The notes under the pieces were generated by a model. The model worked only from the letters and a program-made list of their open reading frames with translations, was not told the DNA's origin and made no database searches. Position numbers and translations under genes: made by a program. DNA of 64,000 nt from Azolla caroliniana (lineage: Eukaryota > Plantae > Polypodiophyta), in assembly GCA_043228905.1 (NCBI GenBank), contig JBHGNT010000006.1:15252001-15316000 (forward strand), in the 5' to 3' direction. Positions within the stretch are counted from its first letter, which is position 1; each line of letters begins with the position of its first letter. Positions 38,574 through 50,669 of this stretch are shown piece after piece.

Positions 38574-39288
38574 TTAGAAGAGTTGGTTATCCACAACATC
38601 GGCCACAAAAGGAATGTGAAGAATTTTTCCAAGAATGCAATAAACAATTCTGAAAACCATATAGTCAGAAGAAGCGAAACAAAGACAACATAGTAGAACA
38701 AGATGAGAAGATCAAAACCGAATCCACTCTTTGGGATGAGGATCCTCTAAACGATGAGAGGGATAACAATAAGAACATCCAAGACACATGCTTGCATTGC
38801 ATTGAACCTAACATACCTCGGAAAGCTGGGATTTTTGACAAGAGCAAGGTAAATTGTGAAAAAAACCACAAAATTTGCATATGGGATGCTCGAGTAGAGA
38901 CAGAGGAGGAAATTGTCGTATTGCACCCCATTGAGAATTGGAAGGAAATATCCTACTGCTGATAACACTCTATCTATGGCAAGTGTACGGCCACCATTCC
39001 TTGAAAATGCTCTGATTGTGTTGGTGATCATCTATGCTCTCCTTCCTTTGTCCTTTAACCATAACCCATTTCTTACTGATACGAGACCATGAAAGAGAGG
39101 GAGAAGACTAACCTAAGATGGTAGTTTTTTATCAATACTTGAATACCTAGTCGTGTGATGTCTCAACGAAGCCGTGAAGGAGGAGGACGAGAAATAACTT
39201 CTATGAGCGGTAACACTAGGGGATCTTTTTGATTTTGCAATTGGTCGAAAGAGGAGGGAGAAGTAGAGAGATGTGCCGCCATAGCCAT
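38574..39288 (-). pseudogene. TIC20-II: Chloroplast inner-envelope translocon TIC20-II-like pseudogene, spanning transit peptide to stop
   Basis: DRVLSAVGYFLPILNGVQY..IPYANFVVFFTIYLALVKNPSFPRYVRFNAMQACVLDVL and, after a stop and frameshift, ILGKILHIPFVADVVDNQLF*. The upstream MAMAA + Ser/Arg-rich leader has stops, and there is an internal deletion of roughly 17 aa. Confidence 0.85.
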
Positions 39289-39529
39289 GAGCTCCAATAC
39301 CTTTACTTTGTTTCTTTCTGTTTTCTTGTTCTTGCAATCCCCTTCCTTTAGATTTAGCGCTCTCTCACACTCTCTTTTAACCCCATAGCCCCTTTTTCTC
39401 TGTCTCTGTCTCTCTCACTCCCCCTTTCTTTTCCCCCCACTTGTTTCCTAAAACACAAACATATGTAATCTCCCCCCTTTCCTTGCCCCATTTTTTAAAC
39501 CAATTAGTGTTTTAAAAAAAGTGTTGTAG

Positions 39530-41830
39530 CATGTTTATGTATGTATGTTTTATACACGTGTGTGTGTTTATGGTTGTGGATATGTATATTCTTTGTGTAT
39601 GTGTGTGTGTGTGTGTGTGTGTATGTGTGCACGCTCTCGCGTGATCTATACATGTGCATATATGCATGTATTGTATTCCATGTGTTGTATGTATGGCATG
39701 TGCATATGTAAGTATGTGATATTATGTGTGTGTATGTGGAATGTTCTATATATGTGCATATGTGTGTATTGTATGTATTATATGTATGGCATGTGTGTAT
39801 GTACATGTATATATATGTTATGTGTGTGTGTGATGTGTATGTATTATATGTGCATGTGTATATATGTATGTATCTACATATTGTATTGTATTATATTGTA
39901 TATATGGCATGTGTGTATATATTGTATTGTATGTATTGTGTGTCTAGCATGTGAGTATGTAGGGTATGTGTTATGTGTTTGTGTGTATGTTCTATGTATA
40001 TGCATATGTGTGCATTGTATTGCATGTGTATGTATGTGTTATATGGGTGTGTGTGTGTGAATATGTTATATACGTGGGCTATTGTATGTACAACATGTGT
40101 GCGTATGACATGTATATGTGTTATGTGCGTGTGTATGTTCTATAGATGTGCATATGTATTGTATTGCATGCATATATATGTATGTGCTATGTATGCATTT
40201 GTATGTACATATTGTATTGTATTAATTGTATATATGGGATGTGTGTATGTATTGAATTGCATGTGAATCTATGTACATATTGTAGTTTGTATGACCCTGT
40301 ATGACCTATATATATGGTGACATGTGGAATATGTATGCACATATGTAATGTGTGTATGTAATATATGTATGTATGTTGTGTATGTACTGTATAAATGTAT
40401 GGATGTGTATGGATGTATGTTTGTAAAATTTATATGTGTATCATGGTAGGCATATGTATGTATATACGTGTAGCAATGTATGAATGAATATATGTATGTT
40501 CATGTACGAATGTACATATGTGTATGCATATGTAATGTATGTATGTATGTATGTGTATGCATATATCCATATGTCAATGTATATGATTTGGTGTGTATGG
40601 ATGTGTGATTGTAATATGTAATTTATGTATATATCTAATGTATTTATATGTAGCAATGTATAAATGAATATAGCCTATAGGTATGTCCATGTATGAACGT
40701 ACATATGTGTATGCATATGTAATGTAATGTATGTACGTACGTACGTACGTACGTATGTATGTATGTATGTATGTATGTATGTATGTATGTATGTATGTAT
40801 CCATATGTCAATGTACATGACTCAATGTATATGAATGTGTGATTATAATCTATGAATATGCAATGTATCTATGCACATGTATGAATGTACATATGTGTAT
40901 ATATGTAATGTATGTATGTTTGTATGTGTAACAATGTATGCATATATGCATACATGAGTGTGTGGATGTTTGTTCGTAATATTTATGTATGTGTATGTAT
41001 ATATTTATGTATGTGTATGTAGTTTGTGATGATATGTATGTATATATGTAATGTATGTATGTAACGTATTTGTGTATGCATGTATGTAATGTATGCATAT
41101 ATGTGTATGGATGTATGTTTGTAAAACTTATAACATTGTAGGCATATGTATGTATATATATGGGGATATGTGGAATATGTATGTACATATGTATGTATGT
41201 GTATGCATATATGTATATATCAATATACATGATTCAATGAGTATGAATGTGTTTGTAATATGTGCATAATATGTATGTATGTGTATGTATATGTGTGTGT
41301 GGTGCAGTGATATGTATGCAAATGTATGAATGTATGTATGTGTACATATACATGTAATGTATTTATGTATGTATATATATGTAATGTATTTATGTATGTA
41401 TATTTTTGGGATATTTTCATGTTTAGTATGTATATGGCTTGTATATGGATGTATGTTTGTAGTATGTATGTAATATGCATGTATATATCCAATGTATGTG
41501 TAAGCATACATATATCTAATGTGTGTGTGTGTGTATATGTAAGTATTGTGGTTTGTATGGTCCTATATCATCTATATATATGGTGATATGTGGAATATGT
41601 ATGTACATATGTAATATATCTATGTATGTATCTATATATGTATATGTGTAATTTATGTATGTATGTGTGTGTAAATTTGTATATTGTGTAATTGGTATGG
41701 ATTATATGCTATGTAATATCTAATTTATTTATGTGTGCTTGCGCGTGTATATATATGTAGTACATATATGTAACTTGTTTGTAAGTATGAAGATTTGTAT
41801 ACATATAGTATGTAATATTAGGTATTAATA

Positions 41831-41861
<31 letters not shown>

Positions 41862-42430
41862 ATATAATATGTAATTGATTTTTTTGTATGTATTATGTAT
41901 ATATGTATGTTAATATATATATGGTTGATTCTAATATGTATATAGTATGTAATGCATGTATGTATGTGTATGTACATATTTATATATAGTAATATATATT
42001 TGTACATATATTTAGTCAATTTGCATGTATAAATGGGGGGTGGGGGGTTAAACGAATACTTGACTACCCATTCGTATTCGTATTCGTTTGCATTCGAATG
42101 GGAAACCCCACGAATGTGAATATGTCAATCTATGTATGTAATATATAAAATATGTTTGTAAGAATGTGTATGGAAATATGTAATATTAATTTTATGTATG
42201 TATTATGTATATGTGTATGCCAATATACATGGCTGATTCTAATATCTATGTAGTATATATTGTATGTATGTATCTACATATTTATATATGGTAATATATA
42301 TTTGTACATATATTTATGTTTAATCAAAATGCATGTATAAATGGGTGTAATGTATATATATACATATTTATGAATGTAATGTTTGAATGTAGGTATATAT
42401 GGATGCATGCATGTATATGTATGTATGCTA
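39530..42430. repeat. Degenerate compound (TATG/TG/TA)n simple-sequence tract, ~2.9 kb, with internal block duplications
   Basis: Visible directly; a related short tract lies at 35015-35160. Confidence 0.95.
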
Positions 42431-45400
42431 CTCCAAATTTGAGTATTGTTTGCATAATATATTCTTTACTATCTCATTGAAATATCTAATATTTCATGGG
42501 CTTATGTAAGAAAAAATTCTAGCATAATTGATAATACCCTTATGTAAATATATTTTCAAATCTTTATTAATACCCTTATATATATGTTCTGTATCTCACT
42601 GATTAATTTAAACCCCTTTTGATGAACTCACGTGCTATCATACAAGTTTTGACAGTGAAGCCCCCGGGACGGCCACCAACATCCTTTTCCCGACAAGGAC
42701 AACTTTCGATATAATCACGTAATAACGAATATACACATATGTTTACTTATCACATATATACGATCAAATACGTATATACGTGACCACATATGCCTATATT
42801 AAACATATCGTTATATTAAATAGCCACAAATGATGTGATCGAGATACGTAATCGAGGTATATACCTCTACGCACACGAAACATCCACAAATAAGAGATCA
42901 TCGTAATACGCAATTGAGGTATTGACCTCTTACGCATACGAGACCAAACGTATATCCTTTACAACAAATCAAGGTATTAAATTCATACGCAACATAACAT
43001 ATGTTCGTGAATGTAATACGTAATTGAGGTATTAAACGTTTTAGATAATCAATTAAAGACCACTACAACACCATTGACTTAATGAAAAAAAATGACATAT
43101 AAACTAAACACATGATTAGATGGGAGAAGAGAGAATAGAAAAAAAAAATTACGGAAAGAGTTACCGAAGTTCTTTGTTGATCGTTGTCTGGATGAAGGCC
43201 GACCGCACATCGATCGATCACCATCAATCAAAAGACAAAAGACAAAAAAAGAAACATTAGTACATAGCTCTGATACCAAATATTAGAGATCTAGGTACTA
43301 AAGTAAGCTTAAGATAAGGATAAACTAATGATAGATAGAAAGGAGAAAGAGAAAGAAGGGTGTCGATCCACCCGACCACCCTTGGGCGAAGGGATCGAGA
43401 CGGACTCGAGCCTCGATCGGCGTCCCATACCATCGCCGTGGCGTCGAGTCGTACCTGGTGCTGGCGCGCCCACTACAAGAGTTGACCCACCACAAGAGCA
43501 GAGTCTCGATGTAGTCAAAAGATGATCAAATGAGGGTAGCTAGGCCTCTTATTTATAGCGATACCCAAGGCCCCCAGGCAAGTTCACACTTGACCTAATG
43601 GGTTGTCTCAATCCCGAGAATTAAAAGTAATCCTCCCCTTCTTTACACTCTCGTTTAACCCTCACACTTATCCACGTGTATAGAATACTACGGTAAATTC
43701 TCACCACGGGATATTAAATGGTCATGCCCGTAACAGTGTCTTTCATGTACCGAAGTATCCATTTGACTGCCATCCAATGTTCCTTTCCTAGATTGCTCAT
43801 GTATCGGCTGACGACGTCGACAACATATCCGATGTCAGGCCTAGTACAGACCATCGCGTACATCAAGCTTCTGAATGCCAAGGCATACGGAACTTTTGAC
43901 GTCTCGTCCTTCTCAGTCTTCGTCTTCGGACATTGGTTCTTGCTCAACTTGTAGTTTGTTGGCAGTGTCGAGCTGACCGGTTTCGCGCTTTCCATGCCGA
44001 ATCTTTGGAGCACTTTTGTCACGTACTTCTCCGTTGACAACCATAACAATTTCTTTGTTCGATCCCGAATAATGTGCATTCCCATGATTTGTTTTGTCGG
44101 ACCCATATCTTTCATCGAGAGCAACCTACTCAAGGCCTTCTTCAAACTTTCGATTTTCTTCGGGTCCTGTCTGACAATCAACATGTCATCAACATACAAC
44201 AAGAGGATGCGAAAATCTGCTCCATCATACTTCTTGACAAAGATGCAATGATCAACTTGTGTCTTGTCGAAACCATGATCCACCATGAACAATTCAAACT
44301 TTCGGTACCATTGCCGAGGTCCCTGCTTCAGCGCATACAAGCTGTTGCTCAATTGCCATACCAGGTTTTCTTTACCTTTTTCAACGAATCCTTCTGGCTG
44401 GTGCATGTATATCTCTTCCTCCAAATCTCCATGAAGGAAGGTAGTCTTGACGTCTAGTTGCTCGACTTCAAGATCCACGCTGGTTGCGATGCTCAACACT
44501 ATTCGGATTGACATCATCTTCACGACTTGGGCAAATAGTTCATCGAAATCGACACCCTTCTTCTACTGAAAACCTTTCACACCAATTCGTGCTTTGTATC
44601 TGGGTAGATTCCTGCCATCTCCTAGTTTCAGTTTATATACCCACTTGTACCAAAGTGCCTTCTTCCCTTTTGGCGATTTGGTCAATTCATATGTGTGGTT
44701 CTCATGCTAGGAATCCATCTCCTCTTGCATGGCACTTAACCACTTTTGGCTGTGGGTATCATTCTTAGCTTCTTCAAAGCTTTCCGGCTCCCCCTCATCG
44801 GTTAGCAATTCACGTTCCTCATCCAGAAATCTACGAGGGGCCCTCCTCTCTCTCAGGGATATCATCTACCTCCATTCGGTACAATCGGTTCTTCTTCAAT
44901 TTTTTCGGTCGATTCAAATTCGGTTCCTTGTTCGGCCAGTTCCCCTTGTTCTTCAGTTGGTTCTTGATTTTGCCGAGTATTAAATCGGCCGATTGGCTTG
45001 GATTCGATTTCGATCGAATCGACTTCTACTCGATTTGGCTAAGCATCGACTCAGCTCGATTCGATAGTTGGAGACTTATTCCTAAACTCCCAATCGACAA
45101 TCGTCTTCTCTTCCATGAATACAATGTATCGGCTCCTAATCACCTTCTTCTTGGCTAAGTCCTATAGCCAATAACCAAATTCGTCATCGGCATAGCCGAG
45201 AAATATACATGACCGAGATTTCGGGTTCAACTTCCCCCTCTGGTCCTTTACAACATGCACATAGGCAAGGCAACCGAAAGCCCTCAATTGTCGGTACGAG
45301 ACATCCTTGGCGCTCCGCACTCTTTGTGGAATATCACTGTCCAAGGGTACTGAGGGTGATCGGTTTATCACATATGATGCCGTCATCAGTGCCTCAGCCC

Positions 45401-47457
45401 AAAACGTCTTCGATAACTTTGCATGTGCAAGCATACTTCGGAACCTCTCCATTACGGTCTGGTTCATTCTCTAGGCCAACTCGTTAAGCTCTGGTATCTT
45501 TGGTACCATATACTTGAGCCGGATTCCCTGCATTCGGCTGTAATCCTTGAACTGTCGTCGGTATTCTCCACTGTTGTCGGCTTGAACAACTTTCAATTTT
45601 TGGCATGTTTCCCTCTCAGCCCTCGCTTGGAACTCTTTGAAGATGGATAGGACCTGGTCCTTCGTCTTCAGCACAGAAGCCCACAACTTCCGGCGACAAT
45701 CGTCTATGAAGGTCACGATATAATATGAACCAATATGCAACTTTGTATCCACGTAGCATACATCCATATGCACGACTTCCAACAACATTTTCTTCCTCAT
45801 CGGGGGCGTAGATTGGAAGGAGGTTCTTTTCTGTTTGCTGGCCAAGCAATCGTCACATTTATCCAGATGCATTTTCTTCATCTCCAGTAGGAGGTCCTTT
45901 TCGGCTAATATCTGCATTCCCTTATGGCTCCTATGGCATAGCCTCTTATGCCATAACTCACCGGCCGTGTGTCGGCTACCACGTTCACTTCCTCTCAGCA
46001 TAATCTAGCATTCATTATATATAGTGTGTTGGTTTTTCGGGCTTCAACCATGATCAGGCTCCCCTTGCAAAACTTCATGACTCCGTTGCGGATGCTACCC
46101 ATGAAGCCTTCATCATCCACCCGACTGGCTAATACTAGATTTAATTTGATTTCTGGAACGTGTCGAACATCTCTTAATACCACTCTGTACCCGGTAGAAG
46201 TTTCCAAGCACACATATCCAATGCCGACGATTCGGTATGCTCCTTCATTCCCCATCTTTACAAGACTATGGTCTCCAGCCTGGTATGATGAAAGACACAT
46301 TTGTCGGGGGTTCGGTGAAATGATGCACTTGAATCGACATCCCATGTCGATCCTTCACCGGCGAGGTTGACTTCATTTTGTTCAATAATGAACAACAACT
46401 CCTCTTCACTCGCGACAATTGCTAAGGTGTTCTTTCTATCGGGGATTTTCTTCGGCTCTACACCATCAACCCCTCCCTTCTCCTTTCGAAAGTGTCGACA
46501 ATTCTTTTGGAAGTGTCCCGGCTTCCCACAATAGAAGCATGTGGGCCTTGCCCTCAACTTCGACCTTGTCCCCAACTTATCTCGATTCTGGGGACTTCGA
46601 ATTCGGCCTCTTCCTCGATTTGTGTCACTTTCCATTGTTGGGGTAGTTGTGGTTCGTGCGGCGAAGTCGCAGGGAGTAAGGTTAAGGGGAGTTGAAGGAA
46701 CTTTTATAAGGCTTGCGCACAAATGTTAGGAAGATTATGGATAAAAAGAATAAGAGTTTAAAGTAATGTGTGTGTGAGAGAGAAAAGTATAGATAAAGGA
46801 TAGAGACAATGTATGATTCAAGAAGCAAGATAGAGACAAAGTATGATTTAAGGAATTAAAGTATACGATATGAACATGATGTATATTATGAATACAAGAT
46901 TTTACCAACTTTACAATGCTTGATAGCAAGATGAACCCTTTCTCTACCAACTCTTGATTCAAACCCTTGACTCCAACTTGGAAACACGAGCCTCTTCACC
47001 AACAAGCTAAATTATTATTTGTTTCTTTGATTATCTTATTTCTCTAACTTTCTCATCATTGATTGATTACCCTGTTTTCCCTTGATTCATCCCGGAATTC
47101 CTTACCTCTCTTTATAGGTTCTCCCATGCATATGATGATATGGGGGTGCATGGCATGCATGTGATGCATGTGATGCATGATCGCCATTTGGCGCACATGC
47201 TTTACATGTGATGCATGATAGCCATGATGTTCATCTAAGCTCTAATGTATGAAGATACACATGTCATATGGTGATAAAAGCATAACTATAGAAAATAGCT
47301 TATCCTAATGGTATATGCTTCGTCCTTGGTGTGTGAGGTTACGGGTTCAAGTCTCTCAAATGTTACTTAATACAATATTGAAGTTTATTTTTAAATCGTG
47401 AAGCAAATCCTTCACGACACCCACCCCCTTTGAACTTGCACACTGGTTGTGCAAAGT

Positions 47458-49430
47458 TCATCCAAAGTCTTGGAAAAACTCTTCATTCCGTTTTTGAGCT
47501 AGATGTTCCCTCAACCATTCTTTGTTTCTTTCATGGTTAGACGTCATGGTTAAGAATTGGCCCCTCTTCCTTCCATCCTGACTCTTGATCCTCATGAAAG
47601 TCGAATCATCATTAATCACAGTTGTTTCCATCCTTACTATGTTGATGTATGGTTCACCATCCTTTGTTTCCATACTCACTACGCAGATGGATGGTTGACC
47701 AAGGATGACAGGGTAGGTTGATCCATGTTGCACATAGTAATTTTCATCCACCGACACATCTCCCATTGTTGCTTTCACATTAGGACATGCTCTGAATAGA
47801 TCATCATCTCTGTTGCAACTCTTTTCTTCGACCCATGATTCTTATCGATTGGCCACCTTCCTTTAACATAACATTCCGAAGACATCATGTTAATTTTTGA
47901 TCCATAATCTATCAAAGAAATATAAGGAATTTGTTGCTCCGCAATATTTGTAGGCGCCTCTGTTGTTGCTTGAGCCCAATGGTTCTTTGTATAATGACTC
48001 CTATCCCCTTCATGAATTGCAATATTATTTATCTTCTTAACACTTGCAACATTGATGGTGTCACGATCTAGATCTTGGAGTGCTACTGAACACACTCTCG
48101 TAACTTCTTCCGTGATGTGTTTTAAATCTGTCACGTCTTCTGTGTCCGAAGCAAGCTAGAAAGTTGGGTTTGGCTTCCCTTTTACTTTATCAGCTTCTTG
48201 TGTCTCGTGTTTCATTGCCGGATCAGCCTCCTCAGCTCTCTTTCGCTTCTTTTCCACTAGTACATCTTGTGCATTCACTTGGGCGAATGTTGATAGTGCG
48301 TCTACTGGATCATTCCATCTAGTGAAGTCTCGTATTTCATCCACTCGAACCTTCCCTTTTCTTGCATACTCCATCACACCTTGCCAAGAGTCAGATCCAC
48401 CATATGAGTCTTCTACACGCAACCCTAAGGTTGTCACGGATTGTATTGCTTGAGTCGTTTCTCTCTCGGCATCTTCCATTAGCTTTTTCATTCCACCTTT
48501 CCCGAAGTTGAGCTGGATTGGTTGTTGAGTCTTTGTCGAGTGAATCTTTCCATCTTGATAGTAGATTTTATCATGATTAAGAGAATCCCTATGTTCTTGA
48601 CAGTCTTTCTTTTGGTGGTTGACACTATCACACCACATACACCTTCGGACCATTCCACCTCCCTGCCTTGATGAAGTTGAGCTTTGTCCCGATTCTAGCT
48701 TCGTCACTTTGATCGACAAGTCTTTCATGCCTTTCACCAATTCGTGTAAGAGTGATTCTTCTACTTTCTTTTCTCCCGACTCGTTCCCCGTTTCTTCATC
48801 ATTTCTGTCGAGCAACTCCATAAACCATAACTTTCTTTTGCAGAAATGGGCGCACGCCCTTTTCACCTCCTCCCAGTCTTCGGTAAGTCCACTTGGACTA
48901 TTCTGATCTTCTAAAAGAATTCCTAAGTCCTTCCTGTCTTTAATATTAGTAGTTTGTAGAAACAATATTACTTTATCTAGCACTATTATATTTCTATCTC
49001 TAACATTTAGTTGCTCAAATCTTTCAGAAAACTCTTTTAATACTTCCAAAACACTTAAATGTTTATTAGACTCTACCCAATCCATGAAAGCTTGCCTTGT
49101 CATCCTTGACATATCGTTGAGGTTGTATTCATTGAGTAATGCTCTTTCGAACGTTGTCCATGTCTGATTCTCCCTTTGGAGCTCTTGGATCCTCTCTTGT
49201 AGCCCAATCGCAACGACTCAACTAAAGCTATTAATTTTTGTAGCTTCGTCGACACCGCATTTAAGCATTTCTTCATTATAAATATTCAGAAATCTTGTTA
49301 AATTTATACCTTTGAAGATTCCTACTCGTGCGAGAATATTGTCGACGGCTTTGTCGATGCTTGCCATCATCCCTTGTTCCCGCATCATTCGTTCCACCAT
49401 CGTACACATAAGCCTCATTTGCTCCTCCAT
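47458..49430 (-). pseudogene. gag: gag and aspartic protease of element G
   Basis: ORFs 49218-49430, 48156-49112 (CMWCDSVNHQKKDC), 47775-48134 (LIDYGSKIN) and 47458-47778 (VILGQP); homologous to element B gag-protease. Confidence 0.85.
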
Positions 49431-50002
49431 TTCTCCTTGTCGCCGCCTTCATGTCGGGTTCACCAAATGTGTTGGGGTAGTTGTGGTTCGTGCGGCGAAA
49501 TCGCAGGGACTAAGGTTAAGGGGAGTTGAAGGAACTTTTATAAGGCTTGCGCACAAATGTTAGGAAGATTAAGGATAAAAAGAATAAGAGTTTAAAGTAA
49601 TGTGTGTGTGAGAGAGAAAAGTGTAGATAAAGGATAGAGACAATGTATGATTCAAGAAGCAAGATAGAGACAAAGTATGATTTAAGGAATTAAAGTATGT
49701 GATATGAACATGATGTATATTATGAATACAAGATTTTACCAACTTTACAATGCTTGATAGCAAGATGAACCCTTTCTCTACCAACTCTTGATTCGAACCG
49801 TTGACGCCAACTTGGAAACACGAGCCTCTTCACCAACAAGCTAACTTATTATTTGTTTCTTTGATTATCTTATTTCTCTAACTTTCTCTTCATTGATTGA
49901 TTACCCTGTTTTCCCTTGATTCATCCTTTAATTCCTTACCTCTCTTTTGTTGGGATTTCGGTCCCTCCGGATGGGATGTCCCCGGAGATAAATGACGGCA
50001 AG

Positions 50003-50170
50003 CCCGGTTACGGAGCCGGATGCTGAAGACCCCGGTTACGGAGCCGGATGATGAAGACCCCGGCCGGTTACGGAGCCGGATGCTGAAGACCCCGGTTACG
50101 GAGCCGGATGATGAAGACCCCGGTTACGGAGCCGGATGCTGAAGACCCCGGTTACGGAGCCGGATGACGA
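50003..50170 (+). repeat. 28-bp tandem repeat in the 5' LTR U3 (5 full + 1 partial unit)
   Basis: CCGGTTACGGAGCCGGATG(C/A)TGAAGACC units. Confidence 0.9.
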
Positions 50171-50341
50171 TTGTACCCGGAGAGAGATCCGGATGCGGGG
50201 ACATATTTGTGAATATGTTTGCTAAGAGCCCTTGAGGCTATATTTGTAAATAGCCCGAAAGTCATATGTGTATAAATATGACTTAGGGCAAACAGTTTAT
50301 GTTGTTGCTCATTTTTGAGAGAGAGAGAGAAAAGTGAGTAG

Positions 50342-50372
<31 letters not shown>

Positions 50373-50669
50373 GAAGAGGTCGTTGCCTCTGTGTACTGCC
50401 GCCGCCTGTGGCGAAGACAGTGAGCTCAAGGTTGTTGCCTTGTAGCTTCACCATTGTACATCTCTGTCTATAGTGATAGTTGGAGTTTGAGGACTCCCGT
50501 GGTTTTTCCCCAGTTAGGGTTTTCCACGTAAAACATCCCGTGTACTCTTCTCTCTATTGTACTTCGTGCATTTTGTATCTCCTGTTTTCTGAAAGTTGAT
50601 CCTATTCCTCGGTTGTGTCCGAGCACTGTTGTCCTACAAATTGGTATCAGAGCACGGTTAACACAGAAA

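Larger units (their letters stand above)
34827..42668. mobile_element. Non-autonomous TIR DNA transposon carrying host gene fragments (Pack-type); TSD ACGGCCAC
   Basis: TIRs CCCGGGGGCTCCACT (34827-34841) and AGTGAAGCCCCCGGG (42654-42668), with a second inverted block at 34861-34873/42622-42634. ACGGCCAC lies at 34819-34826 and 42669-42676. No transposase ORF. Confidence 0.85.
21963..43735 (-). mobile_element. Chromovirus (Tcn1-like) element I, expanded to 21.8 kb by insertions (5' LTR 43281-43735, 3' LTR 21963-22419); TSD GTGCC/GTGTC
   Basis: Paired ~455-bp LTRs, PBS-iMet at 43267-43278 and PPT next to 22419. gag lies at 32995-33900, and pol with chromodomain at 30352-32994 and 22420-23230. 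Confidence 0.9.

Noticed and set aside
39504-42019. Many Cys/Tyr/Met/Val- or His/Thr/Ile-rich ORFs
   Set aside because: They are translations of the TATG/TG simple-sequence tract.
42035-42125. CGAATA/TATTCG inverted motifs resembling a hAT MITE end
   Set aside because: No second end or TSD.
47296-47365. Functional tRNA gene
   Set aside because: The acceptor and anticodon stems do not pair; reported only as a tRNA-like module.
50003-50170. CRISPR-like 28-bp direct repeats
   Set aside because: The units are contiguous with no unique spacers, lie inside a eukaryotic LTR, and there are no cas genes.
50613-50669. Upstream extension of the 1376-aa ORF
   Set aside because: It starts at a non-ATG codon inside the LTR/PBS; the ATG at 50670 is the plausible start.
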